This document shows positions 37,135 through 49,426 of a stretch of DNA of 64,000 bases, in pieces. How positions within the stretch are numbered: position 1 is the stretch's first letter; each line of letters starts with the position of its first letter. Position numbers and translations under genes: made by a program. Source of the DNA: Somniosus microcephalus (taxonomy: Eukaryota); contig CM126234.1 in the NCBI GenBank assembly GCA_052327205.1, positions 29,636,001 to 29,700,000 on the forward strand. The letters are read 5' to 3'. The notes beneath the pieces were generated by a model, which saw only the letters and a list, made by a program, of their open reading frames with translations, was not told the origin of the DNA and searched no databases.

Positions 37135-39921
37135 TTGGGATTACGGAAACGTGGCTCAAGGAAGGCCAGGACTGGGAATTCAACATTCAGGAAAGATAGG
37201 CAAAAAGGAAAGGGAGGTGGGGTAGCATTACTGGTTAAAGAAGGGATTAACACAATTGTAATGAAGGATATTAGCTCTGATGAGGTGGAATCTGTATGGG
37301 TAGAATTGAGAAATACTAAGGGGAAAAAAACGTTAGTGGGAGTGGTATATAGACCTCCAAACAGTAAGGCGGAGGTTGGGGATGGCATTAAAAGAGAAAT
37401 TAAAGCGTGCAATAAGGGCACAGCAGTCATCATGGGTGACTTTAATCTACATATAGATTGGGCCAACCAAATGAGTAACAATACTGTGGAGGAGGAATTC
37501 CTGGAGTGTTTACGGGATGGTTTCCTGGACCAATATGTCGAGGAACCAACCAGAGATCAGGCCATCTTAGACTGGGTATTATGTAACGAGAAAGGATTAA
37601 TTAGCAATCTTGTTGTAAGAGGCCCCTTGGGTCGGAGCAATCATAATATGATCGAATTCTTCATTAAAATGGAGAATGAAGTAGTTGACTCGGAGACTAG
37701 GGTCCTCAATTTAAATAAAGGAAACTACGATGGTCTGAGGAGCGAGTTGGGTAGGATTGATTGGGGAATGGCACTCAAAGGGTTGACGGTGGATAGGCAA
37801 TGGCAAACATTCAAAGACCGAATGGATGAACTACAGAATTTGTTCATCCCAGTTTGGCATAAAAATAAAACAAAAAAGGTGACCCAACCGTGGCTAACAA
37901 GGGAAATTAGGGATAGCATATGGTCCAAGGAGAGGGCATATAAATTGGCCAGAAAAAGCAATAATCCTGAGGATTGGGAGCAGTTTAGGATTCAACAAAG
38001 GAGGACAAAGGGATTAATTAAGAAAGGGAAAATAGAATATGAGAGTAACCTAGCAGGAAACATAAAAACTGACTGTAAAAGCTTTTATAGATATGTGAAG
38101 GGAAAAAGATTGGTGAAGTCAAGCGTAGGTCCCTTGCAGTCAGAATCGGGGGAATTTATAATGGGGAACAAAGAAATGGCAGACCAACTAAATACATATT
38201 TTGGTTCTGTCTTCACAAAGGAGGACACAAATAACCTCCCAGAGATGCCGGGGAACATAGGGTCTGATGAAAGGGTGGAACTGAAAGAAATCAGTATTTG
38301 TAGGGAAATGGTGTTAGGAAAATTGATGGGACTGAAGGCCGATAAATCCCCAGGGCCTGATAATCTACATCCCAGGGTACTTAAGGAAGTGGCCCTAGAA
38401 ATAGTAGATGCATTGCTGGTCATCTTCCAGAACTCGATAGACTCTGGAACGGTACCCATGGATTGGCAGGTAGCTAATGTTACCCCACTATTCAAAAAAG
38501 GTGGGAGAGAAAAGGCGGGGAATTATAGACCAGTAAGCTTGACATCGGTAGTGGGGAAAATGCTAGAGTCCATTATAAAAGATGTAATAGCAGAGCACTT
38601 GGAAAGCAGTGACTGGATCGGACAAAGTCAACATGGATTTACAAAAGGTAAATCATGCTTGACTAATCTACTGGAATTTTTTGAGGATGTAACTGGTAAA
38701 ATAGATAAGGGAGAACCAGTGGATGTGGTGTATTTGGACTTTCAGAAGGCTTTCGATAAGGTCCCGCATAAGAGATTGGTGTGCAAAATTAAGGCACATG
38801 GGATTGGGGGCAAGGTATTGACTTGGATAGAGAACTGGTTGGCGGACAGAAAGCAAAGAGTTGGAATAAACGGGTTGTTTTCCGAGTGGCAGGCAGTGAC
38901 TAGTGGGGTACCGCAAGGATCGGTCCTAGGACCCCAGCTGTTCACAATATATATTAATGATCTGGATGAGGGAATTGGATGTAATATCTCCAAATTTGCA
39001 GACGACACAAAGCTGGGGGGGAGGGTATGCTGTGAGGAGGATGTCGTGAAACTCCAGCACGATTTGGACAGGTTGGGTGATTGGGCAGAAACATGGCAAA
39101 TGCACTATAATGTGGATAAATGTGAGGTTATCCACTTTGGTGGCAAAAACAGGAAGGCAGATTATTATTTGAATGGTAATAGATTGGGAGAAGGGGAAGT
39201 GCAAAGAGACCTGGGTGTTCTTGTGCACCAGTCGCTGAAGGTAAGCATGCAGGTGCAGCAGGCGGTTAAGAAGGCAAATGGTATGTTGGCCTTCGTAGCA
39301 AGAGGGTTCGAGTACAAGAACAAGGATGTCTTGCTGCAGTTGTACAGGGCCTTGGTGAGACCGCACCTTGAGTATTGTGTGCAGTTTTGGTCGCCTTACC
39401 TGAGGAAGGACGTTCTTGCCATGGAAGGGGTGCAGCGAAGATTCACCAGGCTGATACCTGGGATGGCAGGAATGACGTATGAGGAGAGATTGTGTCGATT
39501 GGGCTTATACTCACTGGAGTTTAGAAGATTGAGAGGGGATCTCATTGAAACCTATAAAATTCTGTCAGGCCTGGACAGACTAGATGCAGGAAGGATGTTT
39601 CTGATGGCCGGGGAGTCCAGAACCAGGGGTCATAGTCTAAGGATAAGGGGTAAGCCATTTAGGACTGAAATGAGGAGGAATTTCTTCACCCAGAGAGTGG
39701 TGAACCTGTGGAATTCTCTGCCACAGAGGGCGGTGGAGGCCAGTTCATTAAGTATATTCAAGAAAGAGTTGGATATATTTCTTAAGGCTAAAGGGATCAA
39801 GGGATATGGGGAGAAAGCAGGGACAGGGTACTGAATTTGGATGATCAGCCATGATCTCATTGAATGGCGGAGCAGGCTCGAAGGGCCAACTCCTGCTCCT
39901 ATCTTCTATGTATCTATGTAA
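37135..39921 (+). mobile_element. Young CR1/HER1-like LINE; 5'-truncated ORF2 (partial endonuclease plus complete RT), ORF 37123-39834
   Basis: A 903-aa open frame with GVVYRPP, MGDFN, LDWVL, the RT motifs QHGF, LDFQKAFD, GVPQGSVLGP and FADD, and a (tctatg)-type 3' tail. Confidence 0.96.
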
Positions 39922-40495
39922 CTAAAGTGGACTGGTTGGAATACTTTTAGATAAATATAAATGTTATACAATTGCATCCCCCTCAATGCTCCGACACCCA
40001 GCCACCCCAAATGCTCTCATCCTCTCAAGTACTCTCAAACCCCAGCCCACTTCTCTCTCTACTCCCTTCCAGGCCTTGGCCTCAGTCCCCTCGATCTATA
40101 CATGTTTATCCAGCTTCCAGATGCTTTCTTCCTGCCTGATCCTGGTATCCACTTCCGACCCGGTATGTTGGCTACCAACCTTTTGCATATTCTGGAAAGA
40201 AATTGAGTACATCAGTAACATATATAAGAGGGATGCAGAGAGATTGAAAGATATAGAGAGGAGACACAGTGATGGAGAGACTTACAGAAAGATGACACAG
40301 AAATATAGATACCACAATGAGAATAAAACATGTAAAATCCCTAGAGAGATAAAAGAATGGAACACAAACATAGACACAGAACACAGAAAGAATTAAAAGA
40401 TGAAAAAACGCAGTGACATCAAGATAAAGCAGTGAGCTATCCTTAATCACGTGCCAGCTCAGCGAGGCCTAGGAGTAAGTTGCTTGCCTGCTTAG

Positions 40496-40955
40496 TGTCA
40501 GCCATGGCTCAGTGGGTAGCACTCTTGTCTCTGAGTGAGAAGGTTGTGGGTTCAAGTCTACTCCAGAGACTTCAGCACAAAAATCTAAGCTGATATTCCA
40601 GTGCAGTGCTGCACTGTCGGAGGTGCCGTCTTTCAGATGCGATGTTAAACTGAGGCCCTGTCTGCTCTCTCAGGTGGATGTAAAAGATCTCGCGGTACTA
40701 TTTTGAAGAGCAGGGGATTTATCTCCAGTGTCCTGGCTATTTATTATTTATTTATCCCTCAATCAACATAACAAAAACAGATTATCTGGTCATTTTATCA
40801 CATTGCTGTTTGTGGGAGCTTGCTGTGCGCAAATTGGCTGCCGTGTTTCCCACATTACAACAGTGACTACACCTCAAAAGTACTTCATTGACTGTAAAGT
40901 GCTTTGGGACGTCCTGGGGTCGTGAAAGGTGCTATAGAAATGCAAGCCTTTCTTT
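40496..40955 (+). mobile_element. Deu-domain SINE (SacSINE1-like)
   Basis: Head tggctcagtggg...ggttcaagt, with the Deu core and tail. Confidence 0.88.
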
Positions 40956-41337
40956 TTTGGCCAGAGATGGTATGTGGCCCCAAGACACTTTAGGGATTGG
41001 ATTTAAATAGCGAAAAGTAGTAAACATTCAAAATACTGAATCAAATGTTGATTTTTAGCAGACCTAAGTGTAGTGATGTCAACATGTTAAGAATGACCTT
41101 TATGATCAACAAGAGTGACTCAGATTGTTAAAAGGAGCCAATTCTAATTGCAAACCATTTATACGGAGTGCTGTGTTTTGTAAAGTGACGTCTGTCAAAA
41201 TGTCACATTTAAAATCAAAATTAGGGATTGCCATTTGGCAAATCATGTTTGGTGTTTACCAGCAACCGACTGCGCCTTTTAACATTGTCTGCTGCGGTGG
41301 AAGGCGCTTGTGTTGCGTTGCGCCTCTTTAGCCTGGA

Positions 41338-41473
41338 GTTGCTCTTGGCTGGGAGGACCTGGTTGGATGCTCTTTGTCGTGAAGTTACCCTTGACTGGGA
41401 GGACCTGCGTTGAGCCTCTTTGTGTCGGAGCTGTGAGGGAAGGAGCGGAGTCGAGCGGTGCTGTGCTGTATAG
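41338..41473 (+). other. Homolog of the ZC3H10 first exon (third copy), within a CpG-retaining region
   Basis: Two copies of the exon-1 motif (gctcttggctgggaggacctggttggatgctc and cttgactgggaggacctgcgttgag), then the donor tatag|gtaaac followed by tccctggttt as in the canonical copy. Confidence 0.6.
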
Positions 41474-42450
41474 GTAAACCCATCCCTGGTTTGTGAGTTT
41501 TGATACCGGTTAAAGTTTCGAGCTCGGTGAGAGTAGTCGAAGATTTTCATGTGTACACACTGTGCGGAGAAGATTGGGGTTTGTTTGTGGGCCGGGGGTC
41601 ATTTTAATTTGTAACAGGAAGTCGAGGCCTAAAGGCGCCATTACAGCCTGAAATCCAGGGAGCGCGTTTGAGAGCTTCCCAGTACAACTGCAATCGGCTG
41701 GGGCTGCGGTCGCCGAATCACTTAGCTGGAAAATTCAACCGTGAAATTTAATTCGCAGAATAATAGATGACGGCGTTTAGTTGCGACCATTAACTGATTT
41801 TAGATGCGGTTTATCTTCCGAGCGGCTCCTTTCGAAACAGCACGTTTTAGAGCAATGGATCCTCACGGGGGGCGGGGGCGGGAAAAGGAAGATGGGAGAT
41901 TGCTGGGTCATCAGAGACGGGTTTATTGTCGAAAGTAAAGGTTTACCTCGTCTGCTATTGCAATTTTAGATGAGACCATTATATAAATTTCCAGGATTAA
42001 CAGTTGATCTCCTTTGGCGTTGCTCAATTTTTTAAATCGCCTTAATGTAACTGATTCTGCTTCTCTTCCACTCTTTGTCTTCCACTCTGCTGCCCTCTTT
42101 CTTTCTCTCCTTTGTATGTCTGTCACACGCTCGCATTGTCTCTGCCTCTCGGTCTCCCAATTCTTTTGTTGCTTGGGTTTAAAAAAAAAAAAACGGTTTA
42201 GTACATTGAGCTGAAGCGTTCTCATGTTTGTCTTGTAAAGCCCTCACCTTGGGGCTGGTGTTCTGGCCGTGCTGCCCAGCTCTGAGCCCCAACTTCTCTC
42301 GTTGAGGTTGAAGTATGTGGCTCAACCCACAACTGGCCCTGTCGCCCCCCCGCACCCTATCTTGGCACTGTTTCTAGCCACATGCTATGGCCCGACTGTT
42401 TTCTCACTGATAATCATGGTGACTGAAGTAAAGAAAAAACGTAAATACAT

Positions 42451-43102
42451 TGGGGTAGAGTTTCCGCTCGCAAATCGGCCGAACCAGCGTAAAAGATCGA
42501 GGAATTTCGAGCACAAATTGCGTCCAATGCGAATCGCGTTTCCGCGATCGTTTAAAAAATGTTGCTGGAAACTGGCCATGCTCCAGATTGAATTGATCAC
42601 CATGGTGAGTTTCTGTCAATTGCACCGGTTTACGGGCCTACGAGGAGGCTCTTAAAATGAAACTTCTTTTAGGTCACCAATAGGCACCTTTCTAAAAGTT
42701 TTAAATAAAATATTTAATTTACTAAGACTGATAACTGTACACCAATGAAACTAGTAAATGGCTCTCTAGATTTTTTTAAGTCATTTTTCAGATTTAAAAT
42801 CAGGTTACTCACAGGTGGCGGTCTAGACGCACTGATTAAAAATGCTTGTTTTTTGTGATAAATGTATTAATCAAACTGCACCAGGTTGCCACTCTTAAAT
42901 ATATCAAGGAATATTTTTTAATGCAAAAAAAAAAAAATTACGTTCTAAAATGCTGCCTGATTGCAATGATTCATGGAAGATTTAGTGTTTGGTGATATGC
43001 AAATGAGCTTGAGTGGAAACTTGAGCAAAATGTGCAATTCAGAATACTAGCAGAATTTGTGCCTGGATCGTCGATTGTGGCCAAAGCGGAAACTGTACCC
43101 CA
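42451..43102. mobile_element. Non-autonomous DNA transposon (MITE-like) with 18-bp terminal inverted repeats
   Basis: tggggtagagtttccgct and agcggaaactgtacccca are inverted repeats with one mismatch. No clean target-site duplication. Confidence 0.7.
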
Positions 43103-44267
43103 CTCTTTCTCCCCTCCCCCAGACCTTGTGATGTAGTCCAAGAAATCCCTATACTTTGGTGTAGACCAAGAAATATATATGTAACTTAAGAAAAGATTAA
43201 ACTAACTTGCCTCTGTCTTTATGACATATGAAACAATAATTAGTGTTGGCAAAAGATCCTGCTTAAACACATTCAAATTCAGGAGTCTTTATTTCAAACC
43301 TCCCTCTAATTTGAGTAATGCTATAGCCATTCCAGAACTTACCACTTTTTTTTTTTTGCTTACTTGGTCATTTTTGCATAATAAGCATAAAGGGAAAGAA
43401 TACATTACAAAATATAAAGATTTACTCGTGTCCTCCCTCACTGGCCAGTTTTGTCCATGGCTGTATCTGTGTTCGGCTCTTACATATTTGCTGAATATAG
43501 TTCATAGAATCATACAATGGTTGCAGCACAGAAGGAGGCCATTCGGCCCGTCGAGCCTGTGCCGGATTGTGGCTGTGGGAGATCAGCTGATGTACAGGTT
43601 GTTTCTGCTTTCAAAGTTACTTCAGAAAAAGTTGGGATTCATGCCGTGTTTGATGTTTTATACAAAAAAAGCCAAATTCTGGTTACTTTCACTGCACCGT
43701 TAAATGGTTTCTGGGAGGAGGGGCGGGGGGTTGTCTGCAGGAATTTGCCATCAATACACAGAAGTGGAGGAGAGGTCAGTGCTTAGAAACAGCAAGTCAC
43801 ACACTGAATGGCTAGTCTACTGTTGATCATTTAAAAACAAATTCTAGAAGCTTAAGACTCGGGCTTTCTAGACATGTAGAACCACAAATGGAAAATATTG
43901 TTGGAGGCATTTTAAACACAGAAAATACTATTGTATAGGCAAGTTTAAATGCATTTTTTTGTAATTATAATTTCCACTGGTTAGTTCAGCTCAGTGGAGA
44001 AGCAGTTATAAGTGGTCAAAAAAAATAAAAATTATTTTGTGATTTTATTGGTTCACTATTTTATTGATAGCTTTTACTAATTGTTGAATGGTTGTCTTCG
44101 TACATCCTTAGTTTCTTCATTGGGGGGTTTATAAAGATTTCCTCTGTTTGGTATATTTTCTACGACTTCAGCCGGTTTTATGAAAATGAAACTTGAGGCA
44201 ATCGGGTACAAGTGTAATGCAAGATTTACAAATCGAAAACTGATGTCTGAAACGTTCTTACTATAAA

Positions 44268-44428
44268 TCCCTATGCATATTTATAATGAAAACTCTGTAA
44301 TCTTGCCACACTGCAATTACACCCTCCTGCCATTGTTGGCACAATAGTGCTGCCACTTGCAGGAAGGTGTAATTACAGAGTGACAAGTTGTCATAGGTAG
44401 TTTTTCATTATAAATGTGAACATAGGAC
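44268..44428. repeat. Palindromic dispersed repeat (about 160-bp imperfect hairpin)
   Basis: The left arm cctatgcatatttataatgaaaact...aattacaccctcctgc pairs with the right arm gcaggaaggtgtaattac...agtttttcattataaatgtgaacatagg. Confidence 0.7.
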
Positions 44429-45049
44429 TTTTTAATACATTAGCAGATCTATATGTCTAATATAATATATTAAAAATCTTGCATCTGACTTCCGGTCACG
44501 CACACCCATTAAAAATTGGTATGTTCACATTTATAATTGAAATTTTCTCCAGTGGAGGCATTGCAGTGCCACCACTGGCCAGAGGATGTAATTACAATGT
44601 AATGTGAATTTAGAATGGAAATATTAAAAATAAAGCCATAATATACAACTTTAAAATGTGGATTGAATTATGTCTTTGTGCCCTCGTCCAATTATCCTTT
44701 AGCCTCTAATCCTGCTTCATCTGAAGAACAGACTTTGTCTTCAACTTTTTCATTGTTCCTGCGTCCACATTTACAATGGAAAAACCATATGTAAATTGGG
44801 TCCTGTCACTAATTATAGGCTCTGGCCACTAGATTGTACTGTATTAGCTTTCCTCATGAATCCCTCAAAAAAAAAAAAAAAAAAAAAAACAATCTTCTGC
44901 TTCATCAAAGACCTTCCCTCTATCAAAGTTGGGAGTGGGCCTGTCTGTCTGCTGACAATAGTGTTCATCTGTATTTACAAGTCCAATTAATGAAGCAGCC
45001 AAGTAATGACCGTCTCCCAACAAGAAAAAGCCCAATTTTATCCCCTAAC

Positions 45050-45665
45050 TGTCGGTGGCATCACCACTGCCACAATCTTCCGCTAACAACTTGCGGGTTA
45101 CCCCAAGTGGAGCAGTTGTATCAATACATTGACTACAAAAGCAGGGCAGAATCTGGGTACGATGAGAAGTGTCTTGCCTCCTGACCCCTCAAAGCTGCTT
45201 CATCATCTACAAGGGTCAAGTCAGGACTGATTGAATAGTCACCACTCACCTAGATGGGTGAAGCCCAACAATATTGAAGACACCGAACAGTGTGCTTGAT
45301 CGGTGCCCCTGCCACTGGACTGAAAACCCACTGTGGCTGCAATATGTACTTTGTTCACGATGCACTGCAACAACTCGCCAAGCTTACTTTGACAGCACCT
45401 GTCAGCCCTGTGACCTCTAGCGCCAAGAAGGATAAGAGCAGCAATATTGTGTAATGCCATCACTGCCAAGTCCCCCCCCTCAGTTACGCACCATCTTGAC
45501 TTGGACATACGTCGTAGCTGGGTCAAGATCTTGGAATTTCCTACCCAACATCGTTGTGGGAACACTTCAAGAAGAAAGCCAACCACCACACCCTCATGAC
45601 AACTAGGGATGGGCAATAAATGTGGCCTTAACCGCATCGTCCACATCCCAAGAACTCATTAAAAA
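45050..45665 (+). mobile_element. Degenerate LINE 3' fragment (CR1/L2 group)
   Basis: IYKGQVR..EYS-like and FKKKANHH-like segments. Related sequence occurs inverted at about 36915-37080. Confidence 0.55.
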
Positions 45666-48600
45666 ACATTAAACTTCAATTGAAATTTCTTGTATCGAAT
45701 GTAAAATTCCTTGATTTCATTAGAACAGCAAGCCATCAGAACCATACAGTAGCAAGCAGGAATCCAACCCAAATTTACAAGTACAACTTACATTTCATAT
45801 TTTTTAATTCCAATTTATTTTGGGCACCCTCACCTTTTCCATTCTTAAACCCCAACTTTGCTGCTCCATTTTGCTCCCAGGAACTGCAGCCATAACACGT
45901 GGCCAGAAATTTGAGTAAATGTTTTAAATTTGGCTCGGTTCTCCGCTTTATTATTTAAATAAAAGCCTATTGTGTGGTATTACTACTGCAGTGACCCGTG
46001 GTATTACTACTGCAGTGACCCTCGGTCCAAAGGCCAAACAATAGAAGATACCAGAATGGTGCACTGAAGTGTATTCCACCAGCTTGGAGCAGGAGAATGG
46101 CAGAAAGCCAGTGCGGCAAAATAGCAGCACCAAAAGTGAATGTTATACATAGCATTGCTGCTAACGTTGGCTTTGATTTGACTGCACACCAAACCAACTT
46201 GGGCATACTCCACAGCATAAGAAACAAAAGGCCACACAGCATAAGAAACAAAAGGCCACAAAGCTGGAATGAGCAAACAGAATGACCACCTGCTTTTAGC
46301 CACCGCAGGCTGTGAGCATTGTCACAGAGATGAAACCTTTCACTGTTGGGAGACATCACATCCACCCCATTTCATTCTTGACCAAGTTTTAATTTAATTG
46401 AAAGAAAATTGCATTTATCTAACACCTTTATCACATCTTCAGGACATCGCAGTGTACTTCACATCAAATGGATTATTTTTGAATTCCAGTCATGGGTCTC
46501 AAACTGTAAATTAATTCATGAGCAGATAATCTGATTTTGGTGTTGATTGAGGGAAGAATGCTGATCTGGACACTGGACAAATTCACCACACACACACTAC
46601 TGGGAATGGGCTAGGACACATGCGCCTTAGCCCACCTCTCTTTCCCCCCCCCCCCCCCCATTCTAACAGACTCTATCTCCTCCCGCACCCCACCCCCCCC
46701 AGAGTTTTGACTTTACTCCAGCCAGTCTTTCTGGCTATCAAAAAGTAGAGATATAGGCTAAATAAGTAAAGGAACATGTAATAATAAAGGCCATATTTAC
46801 AGCTTTCACAGAAGAATGGAGTGTTATAGAATTTAATCCCACGTACTGTAATAACATCATTTGACTTCAGTTACTATTCATTATAATACATTGTGCTTCA
46901 CATGATGACAGAATAACCCTTATTGTGATAAAATAGTGTATCTTATAATTCACTGTGAGCAATACTATAAAAATGGTATAATAGCTTGCTATCACTGTCA
47001 GTTAAAGGGAGTTACCAACTACACCTGTACCTACAATTCTCGGTACTATAGTCCAAGTGTGTAGAATCACCATGCATCAGTACATTTCTGGAAGTATGCC
47101 AGCTTGGCTCAGCTGGTAGTACTCTCACCAGCTACAGGTACTTTACTTTTGAGGGAGAGATTTAGAGGGTGATTATTAGAGAACCCATTGTTTATACTGA
47201 GAATTTGTTTATGTAAAGATTTATTGATGCAATTGTGCTAGCCATTCAGCCAGGCATAGTGGGTAAGAAAAATGGGAGTTATTTTCCAGGAATGGATCAA
47301 AAAAACACATTGCTTCACTGTATTTGGGCAAATGTCTCCGATATTTCTCATCAAATTCTTTCAATCCCCCCCACCTTGCAGCTGCATTACCCGTGACTCA
47401 CTATAAAAACCTTGTGTATTCATGCTTTCCTATCGCATCTTTTTCTGTTATTTTGTTACGCTATCCTGTTGTGGTTAAATTTATATATTCATCTTATTTG
47501 TCTTGGAGTCCTCCAAGTATTTGGCACTGCTGCTTACCTCGGAGACCTCACAGCTGCGTCTCCAAGTAGGTGGTGCTGTTCTCCCGAGTGCCACTTACCT
47601 TGGAAATACTAGAATTGGGTCACAGGTCTTCCTTTGGCTGCTGATACTGATTTTCCAAGTGCTGAAAAACTTGCAGCCAGTTTCTAGTAACTGGGAGGGT
47701 GTGGGTGCTCAATATCATGTTGGGTCGTGGGCTGGGTTGTTGAGAGTTTCTCCAGCAGTAAAGAAATTTGTACTATTATTTTGTATTAATATAAATACTC
47801 AGCTGTATTTTAAATGATGCAAGTTTCCCAAAGTCACTACTCGGGGAAACAATTTTAAGAAATTCCCACCCTGGCCAGGACCGCATGCTCCCATACTTCT
47901 TGTACCCATTTTCAATCCACACTCGAAGACCCTTTATTAGTGTTATTTTCAGCAGCACTCCTCAACCTCTCTCCCAGTATTCTCAACCATCAGCCCACTT
48001 CCCCAGTGCAGGCAGAACCTTGTTAATGGTAGTGCTGCCATCCACCCATGTCTATCCTCCCACCACTGCCAGACCAAGCACTTACCACCCACTGTTGCCA
48101 TAACTTGACACCCCACTCCCTGTTCATAAACCAGTTAACATTTCTAATGGGAAATGCCATAGGAACATGTCAACATTGTAGAGTTGGAAAGACAAATGGC
48201 AATATTTTGTTACATTTTGAATAAGTTGAATCTGTGATTTTGTCCACCCTTTTTTGTTGGTCACCAAAATTTGTGATTTACAAAATATGGTTTTAAACAA
48301 GAATTTAAAATGACATATTGCATAATACAGTTAAATTTACCCATTCAAACATCTTTTCTGTCTTTTAATGTCTTCATTAAAGTTTTTAGTTCAAGGGCCT
48401 CGGCTTGAACTTGATGTTTAAAAGCAGCCACATTTCTCTCACTTCCATCAATACCCTTTACCCTTTCTGAGGAGAACTACTTTTGGCTTGGTATTTACTC
48501 TAAATGTGCAGGTCTGGGGACCCTTTGCCCCCTGCAATTCTTGCTACCTTGATAGCAATTCAACACGCTGATCCCTTGCCTCCATTCCCTACACCATTAT

Positions 48601-49407
48601 ATTGGACAAAAAAATGATGCAGTCACATGATCCTGATACACTGAGGAGAAAACAGATGCTGGTGGAGAACGAGGTCGCGGCTAACCAAGCTGAGAGAGAC
48701 TCCTGCTCTGAGTGCTTCCTGCTTTCCTTTCCTTTCTCTCTTTTTCCCCCCCCCCCCCCCCCCCCCCCCCCCCCGCAATATGTTGCATGCATGTATTTAA
48801 CAATAGAATGCAAGGGGAATAAATCAAAAAACGCTTCATTGTCTCTGAATGCAGCGCAAACATTACAAATCCTTTCAGTGGAAATGTGCACCATTTCCTT
48901 GCAAAAGCATAATTTCTGACTCTGAGCAGCACCACAGGAGATCTGCTTGTGTAGAATTGAACATCTCTGATTAATTTAACGAACCAGTGCAGGCTTGCCG
49001 CACCCCTCGTGAGTTGCTGGATTGGCTTCTTTATAGCAGTAAGGATATAGTGACAGATTGTGAGGTAATTTGGGATGCAGAATGGATTGCAAGCAAGGTC
49101 CCTCCATGATACACCCGAATAATATCTTCTGTTGGATATCTTATGCAGGTAAGTGACAACTGCATTTTTAAAAATGTTTTTTTTTTGTTTTGCATGATGA
49201 TGATGACTCGTGTTTACATGTAAAAGCCATTTTTGCCTAAAACAGATACATTTTTCTGTCTGTCGCATTGTTTGCAATAGGAGCATACTCTTGGATGTGT
49301 TGGTGAATTATGACATGTACGCCATGTTAGTTCAAACTAAACTGTTTTACCACGTGAATGAAATGTGACAAGATATGAAGCTGGAAGTGAAACAACTTAA
49401 TTTGCAA

Positions 49408-49426
49408 TGGCCACTAGATGGAGTCA
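49408..49426 (+). promoter_or_regulatory. Candidate CTCF site
   Basis: tggccactagatggagtca resembles the CTCF core consensus (CCACYAGRTGGC). Confidence 0.4.

Noticed and set aside
44393-44415. miR-196-like sequence (taggtagttt)
   Set aside because: Only the first 10 nt match, and it lies in the arm of a dispersed palindromic repeat.
45973-46260. Two 24-bp tandem duplications (also 5344-5395 and 19596-19634)
   Set aside because: Simple two-copy slippage duplications with no evidence of function.
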